The translations under genes and the position numbers were made by a program. The notes below the pieces were generated by a model. It was not told where the DNA came from, did not search any database, and worked only from the letters and a program-made list of their open reading frames with translations. A DNA stretch of 63,345 bases, filler included, from Asterionella formosa (Eukaryota), in NCBI GenBank assembly GCA_002256025.1. It is 27 parts of 27 records of this genome, joined end to end, with 100 filler letters (N's around TTAATTAATTAA, not from the genome) between each part and the next. Parts side by side here need not be neighbours in the genome. Positions count along the whole stretch, not along the records: positions 11,774 to 14,027 come from NKIB01000123.1; positions 14,128 to 16,381 come from NKIB01000124.1; positions 16,482 to 18,734 come from NKIB01000126.1; positions 18,835 to 21,087 come from NKIB01000127.1; positions 21,188 to 23,440 come from NKIB01000128.1; 22 more parts are not named here. The stretch is one strand, 5' to 3'. Within the stretch, counting starts at the first letter, position 1. The number at the start of each line of letters is the position of its first letter. Of the stretch, positions 11,776 to 23,540 are shown one piece after another.

Positions 11776-14015
11776 AACGCGCGATCATCGTCCACATTGC
11801 TCAGAGTAGCAAGCGCAGAAACCACATCAATTTCCGATATGCAGCGGGGAATCGGAGGAAGAATCGAAGATGCCTTTGAGGCTGCCAAGGAACGCGGGGA
11901 AGCAGCCTTTGTGACATTTGTCACCGCCGGATATCCATCCCAGCAAGGTGAGTAGACCGGTAGTTCTGTTGACTTCATGAAAGGCACTCAACAGAATTGA
12001 GGGGACAATATTCTTGAAGCCATTCACATTCACTGACCAGTTACTTGACAACAGACACCCCTGCTATTCTTCTTGCCATGCAGGAGGGAGGTGCTTCTAT
12101 AATTGAGCTAGGAATCCCATACACTGATCCGCAGGCGGACGGAGCGACCATTCAGCATACCAACCAGGTAGCTATTGCCCATGGAACATCAGAGATGAAT
12201 CAGTCCTTGGACATGGTCAGGAAAGCTCGTGAGATGGGACTTACTGTTCCTGTTGTCTTGATGGGCTATTATAACCCTTTCTTGCAGTACGGAGTCGAAA
12301 GGCTTTGTGAAGAGACGAAGGCTGCCGGTGCTGATGGGTTCATCGTCGTTGATTTGCCTCCAGAGGAAGGAATCGAATTGAGTAAGGCATGTATGAAGCA
12401 TGGGCTTTCAAATGTTCCTCTTATTGCTCCCACCAGCTCTGATGAACGTATTGGTCATTTGACCGACATGGCCTCCACATTTATCTACTGTGTCTCTGTC
12501 ACCGGTGTTACTGGAGCTCGTGATTCGCTTCCACCGGATCTCGACGAATTCATTGCTCGTGTACGCACCCAGACTGGCTTGCCGCTGGCAGTAGGTTTTG
12601 GGATCTCCAACCCTGACATGGTGCAGGGAGTAGCCAACCTCTCGGATGGTGTGGTTGTAGGGTCTGCCATTTTGAAGGCCATGGATGCGACCGGCAAGGA
12701 GGCTACGACTGAACAACGCGCAAATGCCGTTCGTGACATTGTGTCCCATCTTTCGTCTGGCTGCAAGCAATCCAATAGCGCTACAAACCAGGCCACTATC
12801 TTGGGACAAATTCCCAAGGAGTCACTTGCATTGGGCGATAAGTCCCGATTTGGAAAGTTTGGAGGACAATACATTCCAGAAACGCTCTCGGCTGCCTTTG
12901 CCGAATTCGAAGAAGCGTACGACAAGCTCAAGAATGATCCTGATTTCCTCGAGGAGCTCGCAGTTTACCGCAGGGATTTCGTTGGTGGGCCAACGCCACT
13001 TCACAAAGCGGATCGCCTCACGGAGTTAGCTGGCGGGGCCACCATTTGGCTCAAGCGTGAAGATCTTGCCCACACTGGGGCTCACAAGATCAACAATGCC
13101 ATTGGACAAGCCTTGATGGCCAAGCGACTTGGAAAACCCCGTATCATTGCCGAGACTGGAGCGGGACAGCATGGTGTTGCTACTGCGACTATCTGTGCCA
13201 AGCTTGGATTGGATTGCACAGTATACATGGGAGCTGTTGATTGCGAAAGGCAAAAGCTCAATGTGTTTCGTATGAATACTCTTGGAGCCAAGGTTGTTCC
13301 TGTGCAGGATGGGCAGCGTACCCTTAAGGATGCTATCAACGAGGACATGCGTGATTGGGTGACTAACGTTCGTGACACTCATTACCTCATTGGCTCTGCT
13401 GTTGGACCTCACCCATTCCCTACTGTCGTTCGTGACTTTCAGAGTGTCATGGGACGTGAAATTCGTGCTCAGATGCTCGAAAAGGCCGGAAAGCTACCTG
13501 ATGCTGTCGTCGCTTGTGTAGGTGGAGGGTCAAATGCAATTGGTGCATTTCACCCCTTTATTAACGATGAAGGTGTAGCCCTGTATGGTGTCGAAGCTGC
13601 TGGCCATGGTATTGATGTTGATGAGGAGCATTGCGCTACCCTGACCAAGGGTACACCTGGAGTTCTCCAGGGAGCCATGACGTACATTATTCAAAAGAAA
13701 TCTGGTCAGACTCTCAACACTCACTCCATTTCTGCTGGTCTTGACTACCCTGGAGTTGGCCCAGAGCATGCTTTCTTGAAGGATAGTGGCCGTGCCATCT
13801 ACGAAGCTGTCACTGATGAGGAAGCCTTGGAGGGCTTCAAGATGATGTGCCAATACGAAGGCATCATTCCAGCTCTCGAGACCAGCCATGCCATCTTCTA
13901 TGCTATCAAATTGGCCAAGAAGATGGGGCCTGGAAAAGATCTTGTCATTAACATGAGTGGACGTGGAGACAAGGATATGCCACAGATTGCGAAGATTATG
14001 GGAGTTGAAGTGTAA
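11776..14015 (+). CDS. trpAB: Fused tryptophan synthase alpha-beta with transit-like leader; exon <11776-11947, intron 11948-12054, exon 12055-14015
   Basis: Alpha motifs [32 protein letters not shown] and VGFGIS. Beta motifs [27 protein letters not shown] (PLP lysine), GGGSNA and SGRGDKD. The intron GTGAGT...CACTGAC...ACAG splices in frame (Q-Q-D-T-P). Confidence 0.97.
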
Positions 14016-14128
14016 TCGCAATGGTGANNNNNNNNNNNNNNNNNNNNNNNNNNNNNNNNNNNNNNNNNNNNTTAATTAATTAANNNNNNNNNNNNNNNNN
14101 NNNNNNNNNNNNNNNNNNNNNNNNNNNC

Positions 14129-15115
14129 ACCAAGGCTAATCGACAAGGCAAAGACGAAGAAGATATTTCCATCGCCTCAGAGGATGCCTCAGATGCTGGT
14201 CCTTCTTTGGAATTTCTCAAGTCTGTTGAAAAATCGAATATGAAGTTGCTTGGGATCAACTGCAAGGATCATAAGCAGGTCGAGAAGGGTCCACATCTTA
14301 CCCTCCAGCGAGATAGGAACACAGATGAAACTTTAGGTGAAACCTGGTCTATCATCAAGCTCCCACATTCTATCTCCCTTCAGCAGGATCATGTCCAACC
14401 TGGTCTGAAAACTGTGCCTCCAACCAAGCATATCACCAGAGTGATTCAGCATACCACCAGAGTGATTCCGCAAGGCAAAGACGACGAAGATAGTTCCATT
14501 CTCTCAGAGGATGTTCCTTCTTTGGAATTTCTCAAGTCTGTTCAGAAATCAAGTGTGAAGGAGGTGCCTGCGGTCGACAAGAAGGATGATGAGGTCACGA
14601 AGGGTAGACTTCGTCTTATTCTCCAGAAGAAGGATCATATCAAACCGGTACCCAAACCTGTGCCTCCAACAGAGCACACCAGCAAGCTGAATTCACAAAG
14701 CCAAGACGAAGATAGTTCCAATGTCTCCGAGGATGGTCCTTCTTTGGAATTTCTCAAATCTGTTGAAAAATCTGTCAAAAAAATCCAACCTACTGTCCCA
14801 CCTTTCTTTGCAAAGAATGAAGTTAATGTTGCTCGAAAAGAAAAAGGTAATACGATGCCCAAAAAAGGCCTTCAAAAATATTCTATTCTCTCGGAGAATG
14901 TTTCCATCCCAGGAAAAGTTCTCATCCATGTCCCTGCCGATGGCGAGAATCTTTTACGTTCTCCATCTACAACCCCATCCTCCTCTGAAACCTCGTCTTC
15001 TGCTGTGTCCTCAACTAGTTGTGAAACCTCTACTGGTGGTGAAAAATCGGATTCCAAGTTAGATGAGGAGGACAAGTCCAAAGTGATTGATTCTGACTAT
15101 GAATCTGCATTGTGA
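14129..15115 (+). CDS. Repeat protein fragment (three EDxxPSLEFLKSV(E/Q)KS units), possibly a transposon accessory ORF
   Basis: Open from the contig start. DNA-level repeats begin near 14143, 14471 and 14696. S-rich C-terminus. Convergent with a Plavaka-like transposase. Confidence 0.6.
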   Translation, partial: TKANRQGKDEEDISIASEDASDAGPSLEFLKSVEKSNMKLLGINCKDHKQVEKGPHLTLQRDRNTDETLGETWSIIKLPHSISLQQDHVQPGLKTVPPTKHITRVIQHTTRVIPQGKDDEDSSILSEDVPSLEFLKSVQKSSVKEVPAVDKKDDEVTKGRLRLILQKKDHIKPVPKPVPPTEHTSKLNSQSQDEDSSNVSEDGPSLEFLKSVEKSVKKIQPTVPPFFAKNEVNVARKEKGNTMPKKGLQKYSILSENVSIPGKVLIHVPADGENLLRSPSTTPSSSETSSSAVSSTSCETSTGGEKSDSKLDEEDKSKVIDSDYESAL

Positions 15116-15325
15116 GTAAATGAGTGAATGTTTAGCATCTCCTAATACCTTACTAATGAATCAAGGAGATTAATGATTTCTATAAAAATTGATAATTATA
15201 TGTTACCTTACTTCCCTTTTTTGTTGGTTTTGTAGTAATATTAATCGTTTCCACATCATCAACTACAAATTTTTTCTTAACATTTCTTTCATAGATTGCC
15301 TTATGCAATCGCATCAACCAGCAAA

Positions 15326-16381
15326 TCAAAAATGGAACAGGGATGCCCAGGCAGACTGCGGCTTGATTTGAATCACCTTACCTGGAGAGGCTCCTAAATT
15401 AGGAACAACAACAGCAGGAGAATGAATGCAATCCACGGGAACAAACAAAAGTCCTTTGTTTCCATGTCGATCCAATGTGAGATCAGCCCCTAACAGCAAC
15501 CTTGAGTAGTTGTGCAAAGATTCTGAGGCATATTTACAAGAGTGAATAATTGCAAAGACACCGGGGCTTTGATTTCTCAAGGATGATGGTAATCTTGGAT
15601 CAGTGAAATTGATCGAAGACGGACCCAATCCCAATTCAATAAAACCGTAGATCTGGCCAAGCACAATGGACTCAACTCCTGTTTCTCCATCTAACCAAGC
15701 AAACTCTGCCCAATCATACCAGGAATGACCACCACGGTAGCTTGGATGGGCATGAAATATTACGTTGTCACTACGAGTGTGGTCGCACATCACTTCAATT
15801 TCCATGGATAAAATGAAAGGAAGAAGTTGGTCGCCTAGAACTCGCACCAGATCTCGGTCAACCCCAGTTTTGCAGATGCTACTTGATGATGATGAAACCC
15901 TGGCAATCTCAAATTCACCATTTCCATCTTCTTCAATCAGAAGAGAATATCGAGTACCTCCTGTTTTGGATTTCACAATTCCAACGTCAACTGGGACAGC
16001 TTCCAATTTATATTGTAAATCTCCAATATCTTCGCCAAGAAACTGACTACAAGCGGTTCCGATCACCATGTTCTCTACCATTCTCGCCCCACTTTGAATA
16101 TCCATGACATCTTTGCGTTTCTGGGAAGTCCTGGCTGGTAATTTACATTAAAAACCTGTGGACTTCCGAAACGATGAATGTTTCTTACAGTATGCATCTG
16201 TTGATGAAACTTCGCAAGCTTCCATCCCTGAGAGGTTGTTGTTCTCGGGCATTCTTTTACCAGCTTAGTAAAATAGTTGACAACGCTTTGGTGTTCCTGT
16301 GGTAAATTTCCCACATCAAAACTCTCTTTACTAAACCAGGCATTGTAGCAGAGCATCCCTTCGAATAGACCTTGAAAGTTT
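15326..16381 (-). pseudogene. Plavaka/CMC-like transposase C-terminal part, frameshifted
   Basis: GWKLAKFHQQMHTVRNIHRFGSP, then in another frame PARTSQKRKDVMDIQ...FHAHPSYRGGHSWYDWA...FVPVDCIHSPAVVVP. Frameshift or deletion near 16140-16150. Confidence 0.7.
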
Positions 16382-16789
16382 NNNNNNNNNNNNNNNNNNN
16401 NNNNNNNNNNNNNNNNNNNNNNNNNTTAATTAATTAANNNNNNNNNNNNNNNNNNNNNNNNNNNNNNNNNNNNNNNNNNNNAGATAGGAAACGTTCAATG
16501 AGTCATATACCAACCAGATTCCTGGTACCTGGTACCGGTATTTCTCGTAATACTGTACCCGGTACTCCGGACTCCGGAGCATGAATTACTCCTACTGAAG
16601 GTAAGACACGACCAAGGGTGGAGACTGCCTGCGAGTACACAAGATTACGAGTAGGCAGACTCCTCCCGAGTAGGGTCTTAACTTGGCAATTCACAAAACT
16701 AGCTGTTGGCGTGCTTTTCGCCACTACACTGCCCTTTCTGTTAACATTGAAAACTTATTTTAAATAGTCTGTATGTTGGATGCGAACTA

Positions 16790-17069
16790 GCCAATTGCCC
16801 TTCATATAAAACATATGTTGTATATTTCATATGTAGAGTTTCTTTATTACTCAATTCTGCAATTGCCCATCATATGAAACAAATTTTGAATATTTAATAT
16901 GCTCCATTTTTGGACTGCCAAACTACCTTCAATATATTCAATAGCCCATAGATTTGCCTAACAAAATGGACTGCCGTTTATTTAAGGGAAATGGATTACT
17001 GACATCTATTGCCCCCTATGGACTGCCATTTACCAAAGGAAAATGGACTGCCGAAATTGGAAGGGAGTA
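16790..17069. mobile_element. Probable DNA-transposon end: four TGGACTGCC motifs ending in ...GGAAGGGAG-TA
   Basis: TGGACTGCC at about 16911, 16967, 17018 and 17044, plus a degenerate about 68-bp tandem duplication at 16792/16860. The terminal reverse complement TA-CTCCCTTCC resembles mariner/Stowaway TIR starts. No partner TIR on the contig. Confidence 0.4.
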
Positions 17070-18834
17070 CCGGTAGGATGAGCTATGTGAAGGCATGAAA
17101 TGATGGTTTTCTGTAAAGTGTCGACGGCAATTTCACTATTTACATCCCTGCTATCTTCCAGCATGCTCCAAGGTATAACAACTCTGTTCATTGATGTCTC
17201 AAACATCGACTCTTTATCAAATGGATCTGGCTGGTTGTTGGATAATTCGACTTCTTATGGGATTCATGTAGTCGCATCATGCTTGCTTTGTCACAGTGGC
17301 GCCAAAATTTCGGTTCCCCTTTCTGTTGATTTCTGATAGCCTTTCCGGTCAACTCCTTCACTAGATTTGATATGTAGTGATAAATAAATTAATGATTGCT
17401 GTTCAAAAGTGACCTCAATCAGTCATTGAGTATCAAAACTCAAAACATTATGGTAGGTCAAAGTTAGGCTTCCATCTTGTCATTGAACCGGTATTTTTAT
17501 CAGATATGATCAGCCATTAAATTTTAACTCTAATTTTGTAGTATGTTTTCTACGTGTCCTAAACTATCTCAAATCAGATCTCAGCAGCAAGTTTTAGTGC
17601 TCATGTGTTGGCTTTTTCCCACTGCTCTATAATAGTATTGTTTCATTGCTTTCTAATCACAATATTACTTTTGTTACTTCTATATAATCATCTGCAATGA
17701 CAACAAAAAGCTGTCAATCTCAATGAGCTATCGCGAAGTCAGCAAAGCAGCCAGGAACATGATGGAACCAGTGTTCTGCATGAACTTGAAATCAACAAGG
17801 AAGAGAGGACAGGTATGTGCTTGTTGATTGTTTGACTTCCCACCATGGTTGAGCATGCTAATAATAATACATAGTATCTCTTTCTCTTCATAGCATTGAT
17901 GAAGGCACCTGTCATGTTACTCCTCCACTTCCTGACAATGCCAACAAATCACCGTCCACTAGTCAAACCCTTGTCCAATGAGGCAAAGTATATTGCCAGT
18001 TGACTGTTATTGTTTTTCACAAGGTATAATATACACGCACTGACATTATTTGTTTCTGTTTCTTGCTTCCCAATGCTAGCAAAGCCACTTAATTCGAAAC
18101 TTGCACAAAGATTGTTAAGTCTTCAGGATGCCAACAATGTTGGCAACATATCTTGCCAGCACCAACAAAATATCACTCCATTGCTCCCTGTCATCCTACT
18201 CAAACTTGTCCTCCTAAAGTTACAAAGCCACAAACGCCCACATCAGCCAGTAAAATTTTCGATGCATCCTGCTCCTCCTCCTGCCGGATACTACCTCCTG
18301 GTACCAGCAGCCTGCACCCCCAAGCACCAAACCTCCACTATCAACAAGCTGTTGCTCCTCCTCCACCTCCATCACCACAACTCAAAATCAATCCAGAAAG
18401 TACACTCCCTCCAAATCTATTCATGCATGGGTTTCTGCTGCTCCAGGCCCAATCTGAACATTTCTGAAATTTCGTTGCGATGAAAAAAGCGTGAGTTGAC
18501 ATTTCTTGTTAATGAAATGCGTTGATAATTTTTCACACCATTTTTCCGCTGACCCATTTTCTTTTTCATTTTTATTCTACTCCCTGCTTGTCATTTTCAC
18601 TTCTTATCTTTCGATTTCCATTTCATACTTTGGTTGCTTAACAACATCGTGTCGAATTTTCGATGCTTGGTACAATCATTTTTGTGTGACTATTTTTCTT
18701 GCATTTACCGGTACTGGTATATTCGGTGGTCCATNNNNNNNNNNNNNNNNNNNNNNNNNNNNNNNNNNNNNNNNNNNNTTAATTAATTAANNNNNNNNNN
18801 NNNNNNNNNNNNNNNNNNNNNNNNNNNNNNNNNN

Positions 18835-21087
18835 GAACCATCGAGACAAGGCGTCCGGCGTTGTGTGTTCGTAACGAATTTTTTTCATATTCAATATGTA
18901 GTGCCACGTGTGCGTACCGAATTTGGATGATGACGATCATTCGCAGGCGTTGGTGACCGTGTGCACTTGAGTCGTACCGACGGGTATCCACAGACGACCA
19001 GCTAGCGATAGCGATTGTTGCCGGAGTTGAACTGATCACTCAACGACGGCATTGGCGAAACAGTGCTGCCTGCACACAAGTACTATTCGTTACAGCGGGA
19101 ATCCACTGACGACATGCGTTTGCGTTTGCGAATTACTACCATTCTCTTTTCCCAGCAAATCTAGTCATTATCATGGCGAATAACTTGGTCGGAGTCGCCC
19201 ACGTTCTGTTGGCAATCGGTTTTGAGGTCGCTGTCGAACGTACAAAGCGAGTTTGAGGATTTCCGTTATATAGTCGAAAAGGACATTCGTGACATGGCAG
19301 ACGAATTTGCGAAGCGTAGCGTGGCAAACGTTAAGATTGTTTTTGGACTTGGACGCACAAAGAAATTGACAGGCGTTATGCATTGGGTCCAGGATTGCCA
19401 TCGAGTTAACGACGTTCCGGACCACAACGATTTCAATGTTGAGATTCTATATCAATCGTTGAGCCTTGCGCAAATCAGTGAGTCCGATATAGATCTCGTG
19501 GCTACTAATTCCAAGGCTGCCGATCCGGGAAAATTCAAAGATGAGAGGAAGTGGCCTGAGTGGGAAAAGGCCTTTATCAACTACTTGGCTGTCATTCCCG
19601 GCGTTAGCGGCATACCGTTGTCTTATGTGGTAAGAGAAGCGGAGGATCCCGAAGCTGAGGCCGATTATGGCTCATTCAACGAGCGCATGATCCATCGTGC
19701 CCCACTTAACGGTCAGTATTACATTGCGGATGCAAGACGTGTGCATACACTGTTACTTGGTTTTCTACAGGGCGAACAGACAGAAAATTGGATTCGTTCC
19801 ATCTCTCGTTATCAGGACGGTCGTAGGGACATGGTCGCATTGAGGCGGCACTATGCTGGCGAAGGAAATTCCACACGTAGGATTGCCGACGCCAAGAAAG
19901 ATTCAATCGTCCCTCCACTACAAGACAGAGCGTGCGTTACCTTTTAACAAGTTCTTGGATACACTACAACGTATGTTCACGATCTTCGAAGAAGAGAACG
20001 AGCCTTTGTCCGAAAGAGCGAAAGTAGACGAGCTATTGTCCAAAGTGCAGAGCTCCGGCTTATCTGCCGCAGTCGCCCAACTCAGATACCAGCTCAATAC
20101 AACCGGTATTACCTTTACCGTCGCAGCGAACCATTTAAACTCTGAGGTGTCACAGACGCCTGATTATCAGCTATCCAGACGAATTAACGCCACAAACACA
20201 ACCGGCCGTGGCGGACATCGTGGCGGAGGCCGCGGCGACGGTCGTGGCTTCCAGGGTCGCGGTGCCAGCCGCAGTCGTGGAGGTCGCAGCGGGCGCGGAA
20301 CCACTCCACAGAAAACCACTTACTACTCAACAACAGAATGGGAAAAGCTTTCATATGAGGAGCGTGATCGAGTCCGAAAGGAACGCGACAAGAAAGGAGA
20401 GCAAGGCGGATCGAAGCGTACCATTTCCGAGATGACAACAAAGCAACTTGCTTCCGCCATCATCAGTTCTATCAAGGCAGCAGCACTTAGCGACTCCAGA
20501 ACATGCGATGACGACAAGTCGGAAATGCCGAAGAAGTCAAACGCCAGCAATTCTTTTGGTGGGCGACGCAAAAGCCCAAAACGAAGCAAAAGCGATCGAC
20601 TAGAGATAGCGGCATGCCGTTCTTCTCAAGCCGCTCACGCCTCACCAATTATCTATATCTGCTCTTACACAAATAACCCAGCGCGCTGCGAAATGTGAAC
20701 TTGACTCTCACGCTGACACCTGTGCTCTTGACTGTAATTTGTACCTCTTTACTTTACAGGACGTGCCTGCGATGTCATTCCATACAACGCAGGTGCTTAC
20801 GAACCAGAACGAGACATCCCTATTATTTGCGGAGCGACAGCATTTACTTGCCAACAAAGCGGAGAGACTTTCATTTTAATTATCAATGAGGGACTTTATT
20901 TTGGCGACAAGCTTGAACACAGCCTCCTCAACCCTAACCAATTGCGATTTTCCGGGGTGATTGTCAACGACAATCCTTTCGATAAAGCGGCACCGCTGTT
21001 AATCTTGACAACGGAAATCGATATTCCGCTGCAGATCAGCGGAACAAACATCTTCTTGGAGACTACCACTCCCACCCAGCGTGAACT
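18835..21087 (+). mobile_element. Ty1/copia (CoDi-type) 5' internal region, gag-protease, frameshifted; copy 1
   Basis: Gag ATG 19173; motifs KWPEWEKAFINYL, GIPLSYVVRE and DGRRDMVALRRHYAGEG; RGG-rich tail; protease CELDSHADTC at 20694-20723; HSLLNPNQLR. Several frameshifts. Confidence 0.9.
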
Positions 21088-21187
21088 NNNNNNNNNNNNN
21101 NNNNNNNNNNNNNNNNNNNNNNNNNNNNNNNTTAATTAATTAANNNNNNNNNNNNNNNNNNNNNNNNNNNNNNNNNNNNNNNNNNNN

Positions 21188-23440
21188 AGTTCACGCTGGG
21201 TGGGAGTGGTAGTCTCCAAGAAGATGTTTGTTCCGCTGATCTGCAGCGGAATATCGATTTCCGTTGTCAAGATTAACAGCGGTGCCGCTTTATCGAAAGG
21301 ATTGTCGTTGACAATCACCCCGGAAAATCGCAATTGGTTAGGGTTGAGGAGGCTGTGTTCAAGCTTGTCGCCAAAATAAAGTCCCTCATTGATAATTAAA
21401 ATGAAAGTCTCTCCGCTTTGTTGGCAAGTAAATGCTGTCGCTCCGCAAATAATAGGGATGTCTCGTTCTGGTTCGTAAGCACCTGCGTTGTATGGAATGA
21501 CATCGCAGGCACGTCCTGTAAAGTAAAGAGGTACAAATTACAGTCAAGAGCACAGGTGTCAGCGTGAGAGTCAAGTTCACATTTCGCAGCGCGCTGGGTT
21601 ATTTGTGTAAGAGCAGATATAGATAATTGGTGAGGCGTGAGCGGCTTGAGAAGAACGGCATGCCGCTATCTCTAGTCGATCGCTTTTGCTTCGTTTTGGG
21701 CTTTTGCGTCGCCCACCAAAAGAATTGCTGGCGTTTGACTTCTTCGGCATTTCCGACTTGTCGTCATCGCATGTTCTGGAGTCGCTAAGTGCTGCTGCCT
21801 TGATAGAACTGATGATGGCGGAAGCAAGTTGCTTTGTTGTCATCTCGGAAATGGTACGCTTCGATCCGCCTTGCTCTCCTTTCTTGTCGCGTTCCTTTCG
21901 GACTCGATCACGCTCCTCATATGAAAGCTTTTCCCATTCTGTTGTTGAGTAGTAAGTGGTTTTCTGTGGAGTGGTTCCGCGCCCGCTGCGACCTCCACGA
22001 CCGCGGCTGGCACCGCGACCCTGGAAGCCACGACCGTCGCCGCGGCCTCCGCCACGATGTCCGCCACGGCTGGTTGTGTTTGTGGCGTTAATTCGTCTGG
22101 ATAGCTGATAATCAGGCGTCTGTGACACCTCAGAGTTTAAATGGTTCGCTGCAACGGTAAAGGTAATACCGGTTGTATTGAGCTGGTATCTGAGTTGGGC
22201 GACTGCGGCAGATAAGCCGGAGCTCTGCACTTTGGACAATAGCTCGTCTACTTTCGCTCTTTCGGACAAAGGCTCGTTCTCTTCTTCGAAGATCGTGAAC
22301 ATACGTTGTAGTGTATTCAAGAACTTGTTAAAAGGTAACGCACGCTCTGTCTTGTAGGGGAGGGACGATTGAATCTTTCTTGGCGTCGGCAATCCTACGT
22401 GTGGAATTTCCTTCGCCAGCATAGTGCCGCCTCAATGCGACCATGTCCCTACAACCATCCTGATAACGAGAGATGGAACGAATCCAATTTTCTGTCTGTT
22501 CGCCCTGTAGAAAACCAAGTAACAGTGTATGCACACGTCTTGCATCCGCAATGTAATACTGACCGTTAAGTGGGGCACGATGGATCATGCGCTCGTTGAA
22601 TGAGCCATAATCGGACTCAGCTTCGGGATCCTCCGCTTCTCTTACCACATAAGACAACGGTATGCCGCTAACGCCGGGAATGACAGCCAAGTAGTTGATA
22701 AAGGCCTTTTCCCACTCAGGCCACTTCCTCTCATCTTTGAATTTTCCCGGATCGGCAGCCTTGGAATTAGTAGCCACGAGATCTATATCGGACTCACTGA
22801 TTTGCGCAAGGCTCAACGATTGATATAGAATCTCAACATTGAAATCGTTGTGGTCCGGAACGTCGTTAACTCGATGGCAATCCTGGACCCAATGCATAAC
22901 GCCTGTCAATTTCTTTGTGCGTCCAAGTCCAAAAACAATCTTAACGTTTGCCACGCTACGCTTCGCAAATTCGTCTGCCATGTCACGAATGTCCTTTTCG
23001 ACTATATAACGGAAATCCTCAAACTCGCTTTGTACGTTCGACAGCGACCTCAAAACCGATTGCCAACAGAACGTGGGCGACTCCGACCAAGTTATTCGCC
23101 ATGATAATGACTAGATTTGCTGGGAAAAGAGAATGGTAGTAATTCGCAAACGCAAACGCATGTCGTCAGTGGATTCCCGCTGTAACGAATAGTACTTGTG
23201 TGCAGGCAGCACTGTTTCGCCAATGCCGTCGTTGAGTGATCAGTTCAACTCCGGCAACAATCGCTATCGCTAGCTGGTCGTCTGTGGATACCCGTCGGTA
23301 CGACTCAAGTGCACACGGTCACCAACGCCTGCGAATGATCGTCATCATCCAAATTCGGTACGCACACGTGGCACTACATATTGAATATGAAAAAAATTCG
23401 TTACGAACACACAACGCCGGACGCCTTGTCTCGATGGTTC
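21188..23440 (-). mobile_element. Same CoDi-type copia segment, copy 2 (reverse orientation)
   Basis: Reverse complement of 18835-21087 with a handful of substitutions and identical endpoints. Confidence 0.9.
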
Positions 23441-23540
23441 NNNNNNNNNNNNNNNNNNNNNNNNNNNNNNNNNNNNNNNNNNNNTTAATTAATTAANNNN
23501 NNNNNNNNNNNNNNNNNNNNNNNNNNNNNNNNNNNNNNNN

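Noticed and set aside
11776..14015. Bacterial trp operon contamination
   Set aside because: It has a spliceosomal intron, a transit-like leader and an alpha-before-beta fusion.
17690..18490. Possible intron-containing proline-rich gene
   Set aside because: Splice-like signals exist, but stops interrupt the frames and no consistent model or domain could be built.
19885..19910. Programmed ribosomal frameshift in copia gag
   Set aside because: It lies mid-gag, there is no canonical X XXY YYZ heptamer, and several other frameshifts in the same element indicate decay.
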